Origin: the human T2T-CHM13v2.0 reference genome, Homo sapiens
Assembly: GCF_009914755.1 (NCBI RefSeq)
Contig: NC_060927.1
Reading direction: 5' to 3' (one strand)
DNA: 64,000 nt
The notes beneath the pieces are model-generated. The model ran no database searches. It saw nothing but the letters and a program-made list of their open reading frames with translations, and had not been told where the DNA came from. Positions 14,539-36,077 of the stretch are shown piece after piece (position 1 is the first letter of the stretch; every line of letters begins with the position of its first letter). Position numbers and translations under genes: made by a program.

Positions 14539-15555
14539 CATATTATTCTTTTAATATTTGTAGAATCTGTAGTGATGTCACCTCTTTCATTTCTGATGTT
14601 GGTAATTTGTGTCTTTTTTTCTGATCTATCTGCCTACAGGCTTTATTGATTTCAAAGAACTGTTTTTGGTTTCATCAATTTTCTCTACTTTTCTGTTTTT
14701 TATTTCTTTAATTTCCACTTTGACTTTTATTATATGATTTTTTCTGCATACTTTGGTTTTATTTGCTCTTTTGCTGCTAGTTTCTTAAGGTAGAAGCTGA
14801 AATTCATTTATTTGAAACATTCCTTTATTTTTTCGTATCTGGATTGAGTGCTATAAATTTCCTGTTAAGTATTGGTTTAATGACATCTGATATGTTGTGT
14901 TTTCATCTTTAGTTCAAAATACTTTCAAATTTCCATTTTTATTTACTTTTTGGATTCATGAGTTATTTAGTGTTTTAATTAGCTTTCAATGATTTGGGAA
15001 TTTTCTAAGGGTATTTCCATTACTGATTTTTAAAAATTCCATTGTGGTCAGAGAACATATTTTGTATAACTTGAATCCTTTTTGATATATTAAGATCTAT
15101 CTCATGTTTCAGAATATGGTCTATCTTGGCAAATGTTTCATAGGATTTTGAGAAAAATATATATTCTGATATTATTGGGCATGGTGTTCTATAAATATCA
15201 ATCAACTCGAGTTGATTGATAGTATTTTCCTAGTCTACTCTATCCTTGTTGAGTTTTATACTTATTCTATTAGTTATTGAGAAGATATCAAAATCTCCAA
15301 CCATAATTATGGATTTATCTATTTCTCTTCACATTACTATCAGTTTTGGCTTCATGTATTTTGAAAGTCACTTGTTATAAGGTGCTTAAATATTTATGAT
15401 TGTTACATATTTCTCATTAATTTACCTTCTTGTCATTATGAAATGTCCTTTTTAATCTTTTTTGCTCTAAACTATATTTTTTTCTGACATTAATATAGCC
15501 ACTGCCACTTTCTTCTTACTGGTGATAGCACGGTGTGTGTGTGTTTACGTGTGCG

Positions 15556-17003
15556 TGAGATATAGTTCGGATGTGTGTCCCTGCCCAAATCTAATGTTGT
15601 AATATAATCCTGAATGTTGGAGGTGAGCCTGGTGGGAGGTGATTGGATCATGGAGGTGGATTTCTCATGAGTGGTTTAGTATCATCCGTTGGTGCTGAGT
15701 TCTGCCAAGGTCTGATCATTTAAAAATGTGTGGCACCTCCCCGTCCTCTCTCTTGTTCCTGAAGTGCCTGTTCCTACTTTACCTTCTGCCATGTGTAAAA
15801 GCTCCCTGAGGCTTCCCCAGAAGCAGATGCCACCATGCTTCCTGTACAGCCTGCAGAACAATGAGCCAGTGAAACTTCTCTTCTTATAAGTTACCCAGTC
15901 TCAGGTATTTCTTTTTTGTTTTCTTCAACTTTTATTTTAAGTTCAGGGCTACATGTGCAGGATGTGCAGATTTGTTACATAGGTAAACATGTGCCATGGT
16001 GGTTTGCTGCACAAATCATCCCATCACCTAGGTATTAAGCCCATCATCCATTAGCTATGCTTCCTGATGCTCTCCCTCACCCCACCACCCTCCTCCAACA
16101 GACCCCAGTGTGTGTTGTCCCCCTCCATGTGTCCATGTGTTCTCATCATTCAGCTCCCACTTATAAGTGAGAACACATGGTGTTTGGTTTTCTGTTCCTG
16201 CATTAGTTTGCTGAAGATAATGGCTTCCAACTCCATCCATGTCCCTGCAAAGGACATGATGTCGTTCCTTTTTATGACCTCGTGGTATTATGTGGTGTAT
16301 ATGTACCACATTTTCTTTATCCAGTCTATTGTTGATGGATATTTATATTGATTCCATGTCTTTGCTATTGTGAATCATGCTGCAATGAACATATATGAGC
16401 ATGTGTCCCTATAATAGAATTATTTATGTTTCTTTGGGTATATGCCCAGTAATGGGATTGCTGGATCAAATGGTATTTCTGCCTGTAGGTCTTTGAGGAA
16501 TGGCCACACTGTCTTCACAACGGTTAAACTAATTTACATTTCTACCAACAGTGTAAAAGCATTTATTTTTCTTGGCAACCTTGCCAGCTTCTGTTGTTTT
16601 ATGTCTTCTTAATAATAGCCATTCTGACTGGTGTGAGATGGTATCTCATTGTGGTATTGATTTGCATTTTTCTCATGATCAGTGATGTTGAGCTCTTTTT
16701 CGTGTTTGTCGGTGGCATGTATGTCTTCCTTTGAGAGGTGTCTGTTCATGTCCTTTGCCCACTTTTTAATCCTTTTTTTTTTTGTAAATTTAAGTTCCTT
16801 AATTCTGGATATTAGACCTTTGCCAGATGAATAGATTGCAAAAGTTTTCTCCCATTCTGTAGGTTGTCTGTTCACTCGGATAGTTTCTTTTGCTGTGCAG
16901 AAGCTCTTCAGTTTAATTAGATACGATTTGTCAATTTTTGCTTTTGTTGAATTGCTTTTGGCTCAGGTATTTCTGGAGAGCAGTGTGAGAATAGACTAAT
17001 ATA
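15556..17003 (+). mobile_element. MSTB-like MaLR LTR split by an L1PA insertion
   Basis: gtgggaggtgattggatcatgg, cttcctgtacagcctgcagaac, ccagtctcaggtatttct...gactaatata. Confidence 0.8.
15913..16961 (-). mobile_element. 5'-truncated L1PA (~1.05 kb 3' end)
   Basis: L1PA 3'UTR; TSD CTCAGGTATTTCT at 15900-15912 and 16962-16974. Confidence 0.9.
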
Positions 17004-17094
17004 GTGTGTGTAGGTATTTACATTGTTTTACTTTTTACCTTGTGTCTTTTTGTTTAAAGTGTATTTCCTGTAGGCAGCATATAGGTGAACCTTG

Positions 17095-17856
17095 CTTTTT
17101 TATTGTGGTAAAAATACATAACATAAAAAGTACCATTTTAAGTTATACAGTTCTGTATCATTAAGTACATTCACATTGTTGTGCAATCATCATCACCATC
17201 CATCTCTAGAACTTTTTTTCTTTCCCAATAGAAATTCTGTACTGATTAAACATTAATTTCCCATTCTCCACTCCCTAAAGCCCCTGGTAACTGTCATTCT
17301 ATTCTGCTTTTCTGTCTCTATGAATTTGACAAAATTTAAGTTATTCTAGAACCTCATGTAAATGGAATCATATATTTTTACTTTTGCATCTGACTTATTT
17401 TACTTAGCATAGTAACCTCATAGCATGTGTCAAAATTTCCTTTCTTTTTAAGGCTGAACAATATTTCTTTGTATGTACCACATTCTGTTTATCTGTCCAC
17501 ACATTAATGGACACTTTAATTGCTTCCACCTTTTGGCTGTTGTTAATAATGCTGGTATGAACATGGATATACAAATATCTGTTCAAGGCCCTGCTTTCAT
17601 TTCTTTTGGGTATATGCACACAAGTGAAATTGCTAGATCATATCATAATTCTATATTTAATTTTTTGAGGAATTGACATAGTGTTTTCCACAGTCACTGC
17701 ACCATTTTACATTTCTACCAGCAATGCAGAAGAGTTCGAGTTTTTCCACGTCTTTGCCAATATTTGTTATTTTTCTGTTTTTTTCTTTTTTAAATAATAG
17801 CCATCCTGATGGGTGTGAAGTGACATATCATTGTAGTTTTGATTACCATTTCCCTA
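17095..17856 (-). mobile_element. L1MB-like 3' end
   Basis: cattcacattgttgtgcaatcatcatcaccatccatctctagaac motif. Confidence 0.7.
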
Positions 17857-18554
17857 AAGTGATGGTTTGAATGTTCCCTAAAATTTATGTGTTGCAAACC
17901 TAATTGCCACTGTAACAGTATAAAGAGGTGGAGCTTTTAAGAGGTGATGAGGTCATGATGGTTCTGCTCTTATGAATGGATTAATGCCATTATCATGTGA
18001 GTTGGATAGTTATCTTTTGTTCCGGACTTTTTTGGATTCATCAAGTATTTAAAAAATTATCCCAATAATCTCCTTTGTTTGCTTATTAGCCATAACTCCT
18101 TGTTTATTAATTTAGGGATTGTTTAAGGATTTATACTGTAAATCTTTTACTTTTCAAGGTAAAAGTGTGTTATATGTATATATAATATATAAATACGTGA
18201 ATCTTATACTAGGATACTTCCCTTCCTGACCTTCTGCTATTTTTTCAAAGATTCTACTTGAATATATGTTATAAACAATACAATAATTGTTATGATTTTC
18301 ATACCTTTAAAGAGATTTAAATAATAGTTAAAAAAAGAATTGGCCTTATTTACCCATGTAGTTACTATTTCTGTATGCTTCCTTTCCTTATATACATCTA
18401 GATTTCTATCTGGTATGATGGTCTCTCCAACTAAAGGACATTATTTAATACAGAACATTTCTTATAGTGCAGGTCTGCTGTGACAGATTCTTTTAGTTTT
18501 GTACCTTTGAAAAAAATCTTTATCTTCATTTTCGAAAGATATTTTTGTCAGGTG

Positions 18555-19040
18555 GTGTGTATTGAGTTGTGTCCCTACAAAAGATGTGTGAATGTCCTAA
18601 GCCCTAGCACCTGTGACTGTAGCCTTATTTGGAAATAGGGTCTTTACAGATTTAATCAAATTAAGATGAAGTCATATTGATTACACGTGCTTTAAATCCA
18701 ATAACTGGTGTCCTTATAAGGAGAGAGAGATTCGGAGACACAAACACTTACTCTCTGTCACACACTCACACACACACAAAGTAGGGAGACAGAAGATGGC
18801 TTTGTGAAGATAATAGCAGAGATTAGAGTTATGTGTAATCTGTCTGCATCCACTACAAATCTGGGAAGATAAGAAAAGATTCTTCCTTAGAGCTTCAGAA
18901 GGAGCATGGCTCCCTCATCACCTCTATTTCAGACTTGATTTTGGAATCTGGCCTGCAGAACTGTGAGAAAATACATTTCTGTTGTTTTAAACCACCCAGT
19001 TTGTGTTACTCTGCTATGGCAGCCCTAGGAAACTGATGCA
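18555..19040 (+). mobile_element. MLT1B/C-like MaLR LTR
   Basis: ccttatttggaaatagggtctttacagat...agaactgtgagaaaatacatttctgttgttttaa...ggcagccctaggaaact. Confidence 0.8.
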
Positions 19041-20229
19041 CCAGGTATAGAATTCTGGTTGAGAGTTTTTATATTTCAGTCCTTTATGATGTTGCTTTAC
19101 CGACTTACCTTGTTTCTAACTAAAAATCTGATGTCTTTCTTATCTTTGTTTCTCTGTGTTAATCATGTTTTTTCCCTTTGCTGCTTTTAGGATTCTCTCT
19201 TTATTACCACAATTGTGCAATTTGATTATAATATACCCTGGTATAGTTTTCTTCATGTTCCTTATGCCTAGGGTTCATTGAATTTTCTGAATTTGTGGGT
19301 TTATGGTTTTATTACATTTGAAAAGTTTTTTGCCTTTATTTCCTCAGTCATTTTTTCTATAGCCTCCCTGATTTGTGAACTCCAATTGCCCGTACATGAG
19401 GCTGCTTGAAGTTGTACTACTCACTAATTTTTTTTCTTTTTAAAATATGTTCTTTTTTCTCCATGTATTTTATTTTGGATAGTTTCTATTGCTATTCCTT
19501 CAAATTCACTAAACTTCTTCAATGTCCAATCTGTCATTAATCCCATCCACTGTATATTTTATCTTAGTTATTGTGTTTGATTTGAATCTCTTTTATATTT
19601 CTAGGTCTCAACCTTGTGAACATATGTAAAAGCTGTTTTAATGTCTTTCTCTGCTAATTATAACATCTTCGTCAGTCCTGAGTTGATTTCTATTCATTGA
19701 TTAGTCTTCTCTTTATGTGTTGTGTTTTCCTTCTCCTTTCCATGGCTGGTGATCTTTGGTGAGATGTCAGACATTGTTAACTTTAACTTGTTGAGTGCTG
19801 GATATTTTTGTATTCCTATAAATTTTCTTGAGCATTGTTCTCAGATACAATCAAGTTACTTGGAAACAATTTGATTTTTTTAGGTCTTGCTCTTATGATT
19901 TTTCAGGTGGGTCCAGAGCAGCACTCAGTCTAGAGCTAAATATTTCCCAGTGCTGAGATAATGCCTTCCTGAGTACTCTACTCAATGCCCCTGATTTATG
20001 AGATTCTTACAGCTGGCTGGTGGGAACAGTCACTGTTCCCAGGCCTGTGTGAGTTCTACACATTATGTCCTTTATTCTTTCAGATGGTTCTTTCCCTGGC
20101 TTTAGGTAGTTTTCTTAAACACATTTACGTAATTTTTTTTTAAATTTTTACTTTAAGTTCCAGGATACAGATGCAGAATATGCAGGTATGTTACATAGGT
20201 AGACATGTGGCCATGGTGATTTGCTGTAC

Positions 20230-21275
20230 ACCCTCAATTCCCTTTGGATACTTGGAAAGCTTTCTCAAGGACAGGTGTAAACAGGCCCAGAATGCAAAGA
20301 TTGGAATAAATACCTAACTCTTCAATACCCAGACACCAGCAAACATCCACAAGCATCAGAAACATCCAGGAAGCATGACCACACCAAATGGACTAAATAA
20401 GAGACTAAGGGCAAATCCCAGAGAGACAGAGACATGTAATCTCTCAGAGATTTCAAAATAGGTGTTTTAAAAGACAATGAAATTCAAGATAACACAGAGA
20501 AGAAATTTAGAATCCCGTCAGATAAATGTAACAAAAAGATTGAAATAATTGTTAAAAATCATGTAAAAATCCCAAAGCTAAAAAATACAATTGATAAATG
20601 GAAGAAAGCTTCAGATTCTCTCAACAGCAAAGTGGATTAAGTGGAAGAAATAATTAGTGACCATGAAGACAGGCTGCTTAAAAATATACAGGCAGAGGAG
20701 ACAAAAAAGAATAAAATGGAATGAAACATGCCTGCTTGGCCGGGCGCGGTGGCTCATTCCTGTAATCCCAGGACTTTGGGAGGCTGAGGTGGGTGGATCA
20801 CGAGGTCAGGAGTTCAAGACCAGCCTGGCCAAGATGGTGAAACCCCGTCCCTACTAAAAATACAAAAATTAGCCAGGTGCAGTGGCAGGCACCTATAATC
20901 CCAGCTACTTTGGAGGCTGAGGCAGGAGAATTGCTTGAAACCGGGGGGGTGGAGGTTGTAGTAGGCCGAAATCGCCGCATTGCACTCCAGCCTAGGCGAC
21001 AGAGTAAGATGCCATCTCAAAAAAAAAAAAAAGGAAAAATGCCCACAAGATCTAGAAAATAGCCCCTAAAGGGCAGATCTAAGAGTAATTGGCCTTAAAA
21101 AAGAATTAGAGTGAGAGTCCAGGATACAAAGTTTATTTGAAGAGATAATAACAGAACTTTCCAGACCTAGAGAAAGATATCAATATTCAAGTACAAGAAG
21201 GTTATAGAATAACAAGCAGATTTAACCCAAATAATATTACCTCAAGACATTTAATAATCAAACTCCCAGAGGTCA
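20230..21275 (+). mobile_element. L1M 5'UTR/ORF1 fragment (contains Alu)
   Basis: ORF1-like gaaattcaagataacacagagaag, cagatttaacccaaataa...agacatttaataatcaaactc. Confidence 0.7.
20738..21032 (+). mobile_element. Alu (AluSg-like)
   Basis: ggccgggcgcggtggctca...ggatcacgaggtcaggag...poly-A. Confidence 0.9.
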
Positions 21276-24200
21276 ATGCTTTCCTTCAACAGATAGTATT
21301 TATTGAGCACTTTTTGTATACCAGGCACTGTTCTGGATACTGAGGATGGAGCAGTGGGCAGTGAACAAAACAAACAAAATCCTTCTTCTCATGGAGCTGA
21401 TACTTCAGTGGGAAGAGACAGGCAAGAAAAAAAAAAAAGGAAGAGGGAAAGCCGCTAAATGCTAAGTGTCAATAAATGTTAAGTAAAATGGGGGCAGAAA
21501 AGCAAAGACAGAAAAGCACCCTACCCCAATGGGGGTAGGGTGGATCTTGGATAAGATAGTCAGCAAAGGCCTCCATGGAAGGCCAAAATAAAAAGTGAGA
21601 ATTGCTCTAGATTAAAAGAGACCCCTGAAACATGTCAACCAAATGCAAAGCGTAAGTCTTGATTACATTCTGGCCTTAAAAATGCAAACTTAAAAACATT
21701 TTTTTTGATGAAAACTTGGAAGATTTGAATATAGATTGCATATTAGATGATGGTGTAAAATTATTAATTTTTCAGGTAAGGAGATGGTATTGTCATTATG
21801 CAGAGGGTATCCTTTCAGGAAGTTTATGCTGACAGTTTTTGAATTGTTTTAGTGTCTGTAGTTTACTTTCAGATGGTTCAACACATAGAGGAAGAACTAA
21901 AGCAAATGTGGCAAAACATAACAATTGGTAAATATGATGAAGGTGTAAGGGTGTTATTACAGTATTCTTTAAAATTTTATGTATGTTTGAAATGTTTTCA
22001 AAATAAAAACTTGGCAGAAAAAAAGATGGAATTTAGGGTTGTTGGAGTCGATCTGAGTTTTCATCACCAGGTGGTGCTAAAGCTTTTCAAATGTAGTTAA
22101 ATTAACAGCAAACAATCTGTGCTGACAGTTGCATATTAATTTAGGAAAAATTTGGGTGGGAGGAACATAGACTATAAATCAAGCTTTTTAAATTTGCCAA
22201 TTTTACTCTTGCTTGCATTATTATATTTTACACAATTTGAAGAGGTTCAGCTATACGTTTTCTGGCTGTCAGTTTCCTTCTCTTCGACCTTTCTCATTTC
22301 CAGGCCCTTATTTTCTTCTCACAAAAGAGCTACTGTGATAATTCCCAACACCAGATGCCACTGTGATCCACACTGCTCACAGAGTAACCTTCGTGCAGCA
22401 TTTCTGTCCCCTTCATCAGCTCCCTATTCCCCTCCAAATAGTTTCCACTCCTCAGCAAAGAATTTACAGTTTGATACCAATCTTCTTTTCCCAGTGTATC
22501 TATTATTGTTGCCTTGCATTAACCCTACTCAGGAGAAACATTGACTGCTGTCCTTTTTTTTTCAAATAAATGTCATACACTTTCTTGCCACTGACTATTC
22601 TGCTTTGTGTGTCTCCATACTCCCAATGCCCTTCTGCCTATTGCCAGTTCAAAATCTGACCTTGCCCATCATTGAAGCCTGAATTAAATATCATTTCCCT
22701 CATGACAATTTCCCCAAACACCTTACTCAGAAATATTCCTCTTTCTACAGCACTTTTAAATTTTCTTACCAAACTGATAACATTTTGTATTACATAATAA
22801 TGTGTGTACACTAAATTATAAACACCTCCAAGGTAGGCAGTTTATGTTTATAGTCTTTGGATTGTGTTTAATATGATGTGGAATTTACTAAAGGTCAGTG
22901 GAATTGAATTTCAAGATTATTCAGAAGTAGTTTATAGTAGTGGTAAAAGTACTGACTAATTACCACCAACTGCCAGCCTTACTCTGGTTGTTCATTTCAC
23001 AGATAAGCAATGAGAGGCCACCATAGTGAGAAACCAACCTGGATAAAGGATGTTCATGGCTTAGCAGCCCCACCTACCAAAAAAAAAAGTTATCAATTTG
23101 AAGTAAAATTTCCTTTCAATTTGAGTCTGTCAAAACCCTTAAATTCTTGAATGTCATTTGATCTATATATTCTTCTAGGTAAAAACATGAAAAGAATGAT
23201 CAAAGATTTGCTTTAAGAATATTTCGTATATGTTACAAAATATGTTTGTAAAAGCTAAAAATTAGAAGCAGCCTAACCAACAATACAAAGTTGGTTAAAG
23301 ACATTCTAATATATCCATACAATGAATTACTATGGAGCTATTAAAAATGGTGCTCGAGAACAATATTTAGTGGCATAGAAAGAGGCCCCCAGTGTTATTA
23401 TAGGAAAAAAAATACACCATATTGTTGACATAATGCTTTTTAATAGAAGAAAAGATTTGCATAGAGAAAATACTAAAATTGATGGCAGAGATATATTTCT
23501 AGATTTGGAGATTGACCGATTTAAATTTTCTCTCTTGCTATCTTTTTTCCCCCTAAGTTTTAACTCTGAGCACCTATATTAAGCAAACAATAAAAATATT
23601 TAGGAGAGAAATTATATTCCTAATGTTATTCCATTGTGTACATTCATTAATGAAGGAAGGAATTTCAGGCTCTAACATTGTTACTTGGGCCTAACATAGA
23701 ACCAGAGGATAAGAAGGCCAAATGATAACCCAAGAGAAGACAGTATCGGAGGTCAGAAAAGGTAAGAAAGCCAGGTAGAAAAAAATGAGGGTTGAAGAGT
23801 GGGGTTACCATGCTCAGGAAAGGAGGGAGGCGGGAATACAAGTAGGAGAGCTGTAAGAATCTAGTAGATACCAAGATTGTAATGAAATAGAAAGGTAACT
23901 GCATTTAGAAATCTGGGTCCAATATTTAGTATTATTGTTTATTAGATAGGTACTCTTGAGTAAATCATTTATGTTTTCAAGGGTCAGAAAATACCTTGAA
24001 GGTATTTTTATTCCCATGTTACAAGTGAGCAAAGTAGCCCTCAGAAAATATAAATGAGGTCATATATATACATAAGCTAGGGTTTCTCAGCTTTAGCTCT
24101 ATTGGCATTTTGGGCCAGACATTTTATTGTGGGAGCTGAACAAGCACATTTGTATGGGATAATAAGTGATGATGTCAATTTTAATAAAGAGGAAGTTGCC

Positions 24201-24944
24201 CAGTGAGAAGGAAAGCAGGTGAGAGACATTTTGTAGTTAAAGAAACTAAAATTTTACCAATTTACATAAAATCTCCCTAAATACTCAGTGTACACATCTC
24301 ACCAAGGAGTGTTTTCCCCTGGTAGGGGACTTTAGAGAACTCCAATACCTATAGTTGGCAGGCATATATGTCCCAGATCTATATAAGTCAAATCAAGCCA
24401 CTAGCATATGCATCTTATGTAATAGATTTTAAGCTCAATCTTTTTCAGAATGGGGTCTTTTATATCTTTCCTGTCTATGCTGAGATGAATCCCAAGGGGG
24501 CCCAGATATGTATATGAGGATGAGTCATTGTCCCTGATATGGATAAGTGAAAAGGGTAGGGAAAAGGGTTTCTGACCCTGATAGAGCTATTTATGGGTAG
24601 GGAGGACTCTAATTCTTGAAATCATGATAGAATGTTAAAGTCTCCCGCATTTGGAGTATATGTTGTTTGCATTAATCCCATTTATTTTTAAAAGAAATAT
24701 TATTACTTACATAGTTCACCCCAACTTTATTTCAAATTGGGACTATTAATTAAAATAGAAATTTAATTTTATGTTAATTTGAGGGTTACTTTTTTGGAAA
24801 AAAAAAGCCTTTCTCATACACAACTTAAACACTTGCATGCTTTTAAAGATAAAACAAGAACAACAAAAAAGTAGAATTTATTATGTAATTCTACCACCCA
24901 GATAGACCCAGTATGAATATTTTGGTGTATACCCTTTCAGAGTT

Positions 24945-25135
24945 CTTAAATTGGGGGTTCTGGATCCAGCCTGTACATTAGGTTCACCTGAAGAGCTTTG
25001 AAAATAAGACTATGTCTAGTCTCATCCCAGAACAAATAAACCAGAATACCTGGGGGATGGAGCAGTCCTGGGTAATTTTTTTTTTAACTTCACAGGTGAT
25101 TTTAATGTACAGACAGGGTTGTGAACCACTCTTAA
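24945..25135. mobile_element. MER5A-like hAT MITE
   Basis: cacctgaagagcttt...caggtgattttaatgtac...gggttgtgaaccact. Confidence 0.6.
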
Positions 25136-27931
25136 ATGAATGACAGATTAGTGCTGAAGCACTAGGCCAAGCACTGGCTGAAGCAGCTAGGCCAAAATAA
25201 AAGATGCTGGTGCCTTCAGCTAAGTGGTACTTTGGCTGTAGTTGGCATTGACAATTAGGAAATGAGAGTGGTAGAGAGGCCACTTGGTATGCAGCAACCC
25301 TCAGTGGCCTGGCACTGTCCAAGCCATGCCACTGCTGTCTGCGGTAAGCAGTAATCAATAATTTGGGCAGTAGGAGCTATAGATATTTTGCAAACAGCAG
25401 ACAGTCAACCACACAAGCAGGAACTGCCAGTTACTCTCTCCTTAGTGTAAATGACAAGGCTAGAATTTATCCCCTGAACATCACCATTGAATATACAAAT
25501 TCAAATGGCCTGTAAGCTTTGTTAAAAGGCTCCCAGGTGAGCTAAGTGGTGGGCATGTGTGGAGGGTGCAGGTTACTTTGCCCCAGCCCCAATATGGCAG
25601 GCTTATAGGCTCTGGGGAACTAACTGGACAAGGGTAAGAGAAGCAGTATGGAGGAAGCACATTAGAAGATCAGATTGAAAGAAGCATCAGACACCCAAGA
25701 AAGCCTGTCCATCAGCTGTTGCCTGTGGAGAGAGAAGATAGTGGAAGGGAGGCAGGCTGGTTGCTCTCTTAAGGTCTCATGGGCTGCCTTTACCACAGTG
25801 GTATCTGCCATCAACTTTGTACAGCTCAGAGGTGGAATCTCTCCAGTCTCTCCAGTGGATAATTAGCTCTTAGGGCAGCTTCACACATTAATGCTACAGC
25901 ATTTTTCAAAGTAGGAGAGTGCTCATCAGTGACCAGAATAATTTGTGTTCATTACTCAAAGGACTCCATCTTTCTTAGGGAGGGAAACTAGAGATAATGA
26001 GTGAATATTTATTAAAATGTCAATGTGTCATGTGCTTTACATTTTAGTGTATGATTTATGGATGAGGAAAAAAAAATCATGGAAAACACACATAAGTTTC
26101 CAAAGCTGGTCAGTGTGGTGAGGGCAAGATTCAAACCCTGGTCTCTCTGGCTCCAGAACTGTGTTCTCTATAGCTACTAGCCTTCCCAGGAGATTGAAGA
26201 AACATTTGGAAGACTGAGAAAAGGGAAAATCATCCTGACAGAAATGTCAGGAATGCTTGCACTATAGCTGTCCAATAAAGGGATAATAATAGTACCCACA
26301 TAAAGGTGCTATTGTGATAGAAAATTTATTACGGGTAAAACATTTAAGAGTGCCTGGCACATAGTATATGTTTAATTCATGCAGTGCTCACGTTGGCAGG
26401 GAACTTACTGTCCATTGAAATATTTGTTAGAAATTCATTATGCAAGCTGAAATTGGGCTCCTCTAGCTTTTATCTGGAAGGTGTTCCCACCTGAAAAATG
26501 GAAGAAATTTTCAGTGAGGCAGATTTTGGGTTGATTTAATGAAGTAGTTTCCAACATTTAGAGCTACTTAAGAGAAACAAACGGCCTCAGGAAGGGCAAT
26601 TGTTTTTAACAGACTATTTTTAGGGCAGTTTTAGGTTCACACCAAAATTGAGAGAAAGGAGCAGAGAGTTCTCATTTACCTCCCCCTCACACATGCACAG
26701 CTTCCCCCATTATCAGCATTTCCCACCAGAATGGTGCATTAGCTACAATCCATGAGCCTATATTGACATATTATTGTTATCCAAAGTCCATAATTTACAT
26801 TAGGGCTTGCTCTTGATATTGTGCATTCTATAGATTTGGACAAATGTATAAATGACATGTATCTACTCGTATAGTATCATCTAGACTAGTTTTACTGCCC
26901 TAAAACTTCTCTATGAGGTGGAGTGATTTTCATAAGTTAAAATAACCACACTTGGCAGAGAGTCCCCTGGATAAAATCCACAACTGCAAATTTCAGAGCT
27001 TATCTGTGCCACAAGTGGACTCTGAAATGCATTAGGAAAGCACATGAACAAAGGCACATTAAACTTTGATTTTGTACTACAGTGGCACTGTTATTGACAA
27101 ACCCAACTTCAAATTACAGATTTGCATCAGAACATGAGCATATTATCTTGCATTGACTTCCACAAAGAAATTAATATTCCCACACCCTCAGATTAAATTT
27201 GGCTGTATAATAGATAATTGGGGACCCCCTCCTTTGTTACTCTTGAATCTATCAATATTTATGATAAAATTTAGATTCTGACACTGCAATCAAAACCAGC
27301 CTTCTAACAGAGACCCCTCAAAATATTTTTCCTGCAATGAAGAGACATTGAAAAGAAGACAAAAGGAACCATGCTACATTTTTGTTAAGCTTACTTCCAA
27401 GGTGTAAGTGGAATAAATATGCTTGTTATTGAGTGAGATTTTTCACCATGGGTTTCCTAGTGTAATAAAATGTTTTTGACATATTTTGGACTAATGAAAA
27501 ACAACTATGCTTTGGAACAAACTTTAAGTGGGAGTTGATATGTGCTGATCAGTTTTAAATTGATTTACAATTCATGAAGCTCTTGGATAGCAGAAAAGAA
27601 TGACAGCCGAATGAGACAACTTGCTGAAGGTCACAGGGATAATCAATAGAGGTCAACAGTACATTGAGGCTGGGAATGGAGCCTGGCAGGGGCCCACTGC
27701 CACTGTTGCAGTGCCCATTTGGTCACAGGGAGTGACTGACTCTTCATACATGGTATTTTCATATCCTTTGAGATACTATCTGTTTTATCTAACTGAACAG
27801 TTTATTCTTAGAGGTTATTATTCAAGTTGGATTATTTCTAAGGTCAGATTACTATAATACCTAGGAACTATAGAAATTTGCAGAGGAAAATTGGAAGTGG
27901 CATTGTATAGGCTATCATTATAATATGCTGA

Positions 27932-28148
<217 letters not shown>

Positions 28149-29249
28149 GAGTTTACCAGTTTCGAAGGGGCAGTTTCTTTGGCTTATTTAAACTCACAAC
28201 TGACTTCCTTATCTTCCTCTTAAAGTCACTTCTCTTTTTCCAGTGAAGGCTGGTGCCAGCTATTCAAGCCAGCCAGGCTCTAACCTGAGTCTCAGAGCCA
28301 TCATTCTCAGAATTGGAAGGGACCTTAAAGGATACTTAGTTCAGCCACCCATTTGGTGCTTGAACCCTTTATCATCATATAGTTTGTGATTCCCCAAGTA
28401 TTTGAGCACTTACTCAATATCAGGTACTCTGCTCATTCTGCTAAATAATAATTTCTGCCAAATATTGAGCATCTTCTAGAAAGAAAAAAGATTTAGCCAT
28501 AAAAATGCACAGGTTGGCCTAGTGGAGGAGATAGCTGAGAACATTTTAATATGATGTCGTGGGTGCTTTGTGGAGGTAATGCAGAGGAAGAAACAGGGAA
28601 GTGAGGAAGGATGCCAGGCTCAGAGGAGGCTCCAGAGAGGGAGAGTTGGGACCTGCTTTCTAGAGGAGGAAACGGTAGAATTGAATCTTGAAGGATGAAT
28701 AGGAGTGATCCAAGTGACTGATAGATGTGTGTTCCAGGCAAGGAAACTGCAAGGGAAAAATCCCAGAGGGACCACGGGTATCTCTCTACATTGTGGTTTT
28801 CTCTTCTGTAACAGCATTTACTTTATAGGAATGTTGTGTGGAATAAGTAAGAAAATATTTATGTTTATAATGGACAGAGCAAATCCTTACCAAATTATTA
28901 TTATTATATTATTATACTGCTAACATATATCAGTGCAAAGATATGCAAAATAACCTTATAGCAACCAGATAGGCCCCTCGAGCCTGCAATTTTTGCCTCA
29001 TAAATAGACTAATATATTTGTAGAAAGACTGTCCAACCTGAAACTATCTTAGAACCTAATGCTACTAGATACTTAAGTTATAACAACTCCTCTTGCTTGC
29101 TGATATTCCACGTTTACCAAGAACCATGTAGATTTGTCTTCTCTTGGGACCAGGTCGGGTCAACATGAGTCTCTACTTGCTTCACAACTTTATTTCCTTA
29201 TTGTCAAATAATTTCCCACTCCGATATTAAGACCAGTCTCTTATCAATC

Positions 29250-29481
29250 TTTTAATAACACTCATATAGCATGAACTATGTGCCAGACACTGATCTTAAC
29301 GCTATTCAAATATTAACTTATTTCATTCTCATAGCAATCATAGAAGGTAGCTGCTGCTGTTATCATCACCATTTTTCAAATGCGAAAACTGAGACACAGG
29401 GAGGTGAAGTAACTTGCAGCTAGTAAAGGGTAGAGCCCGGGTTCAAACAGAGGTAGTTTGACTCCAGAGTTTCTGTTCTTT
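29250..29481 (+). mobile_element. MIR, interrupted by the full-length L1; remainder at ~36078-36110
   Basis: actatgtgccagacactg...gaaaactgagacacagggaggtgaagtaacttgc MIR core; strand uncertain. Confidence 0.7.

Positions 29482-36077
<6,596 letters not shown>

Larger units (their letters stand above)
9806..20120 (-). mobile_element. Fragmented old L1M host element(s) carrying the KLF7 retrocopy, MER30, MSTB, L1PA, L1MB and MLT1 insertions
   Basis: L1 ORF2 antisense sequence reads continuously across 10433/14550; endonuclease remnant ORF 15020-15205 (IDIYRT..EYIFFS..TFAKIDHIL). Confidence 0.7.

Noticed and set aside
14184-14624. 146-aa + strand ORF
   Set aside because: GTG-initiated antisense reading of the KLF7 5'UTR running into L1 sequence; no recognisable protein.
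21517-21542. 11-bp hairpin CACCCTACCCC-aatg-GGGGTAGGGTG
   Set aside because: Isolated, within decayed L2-like sequence; no supporting context for function.
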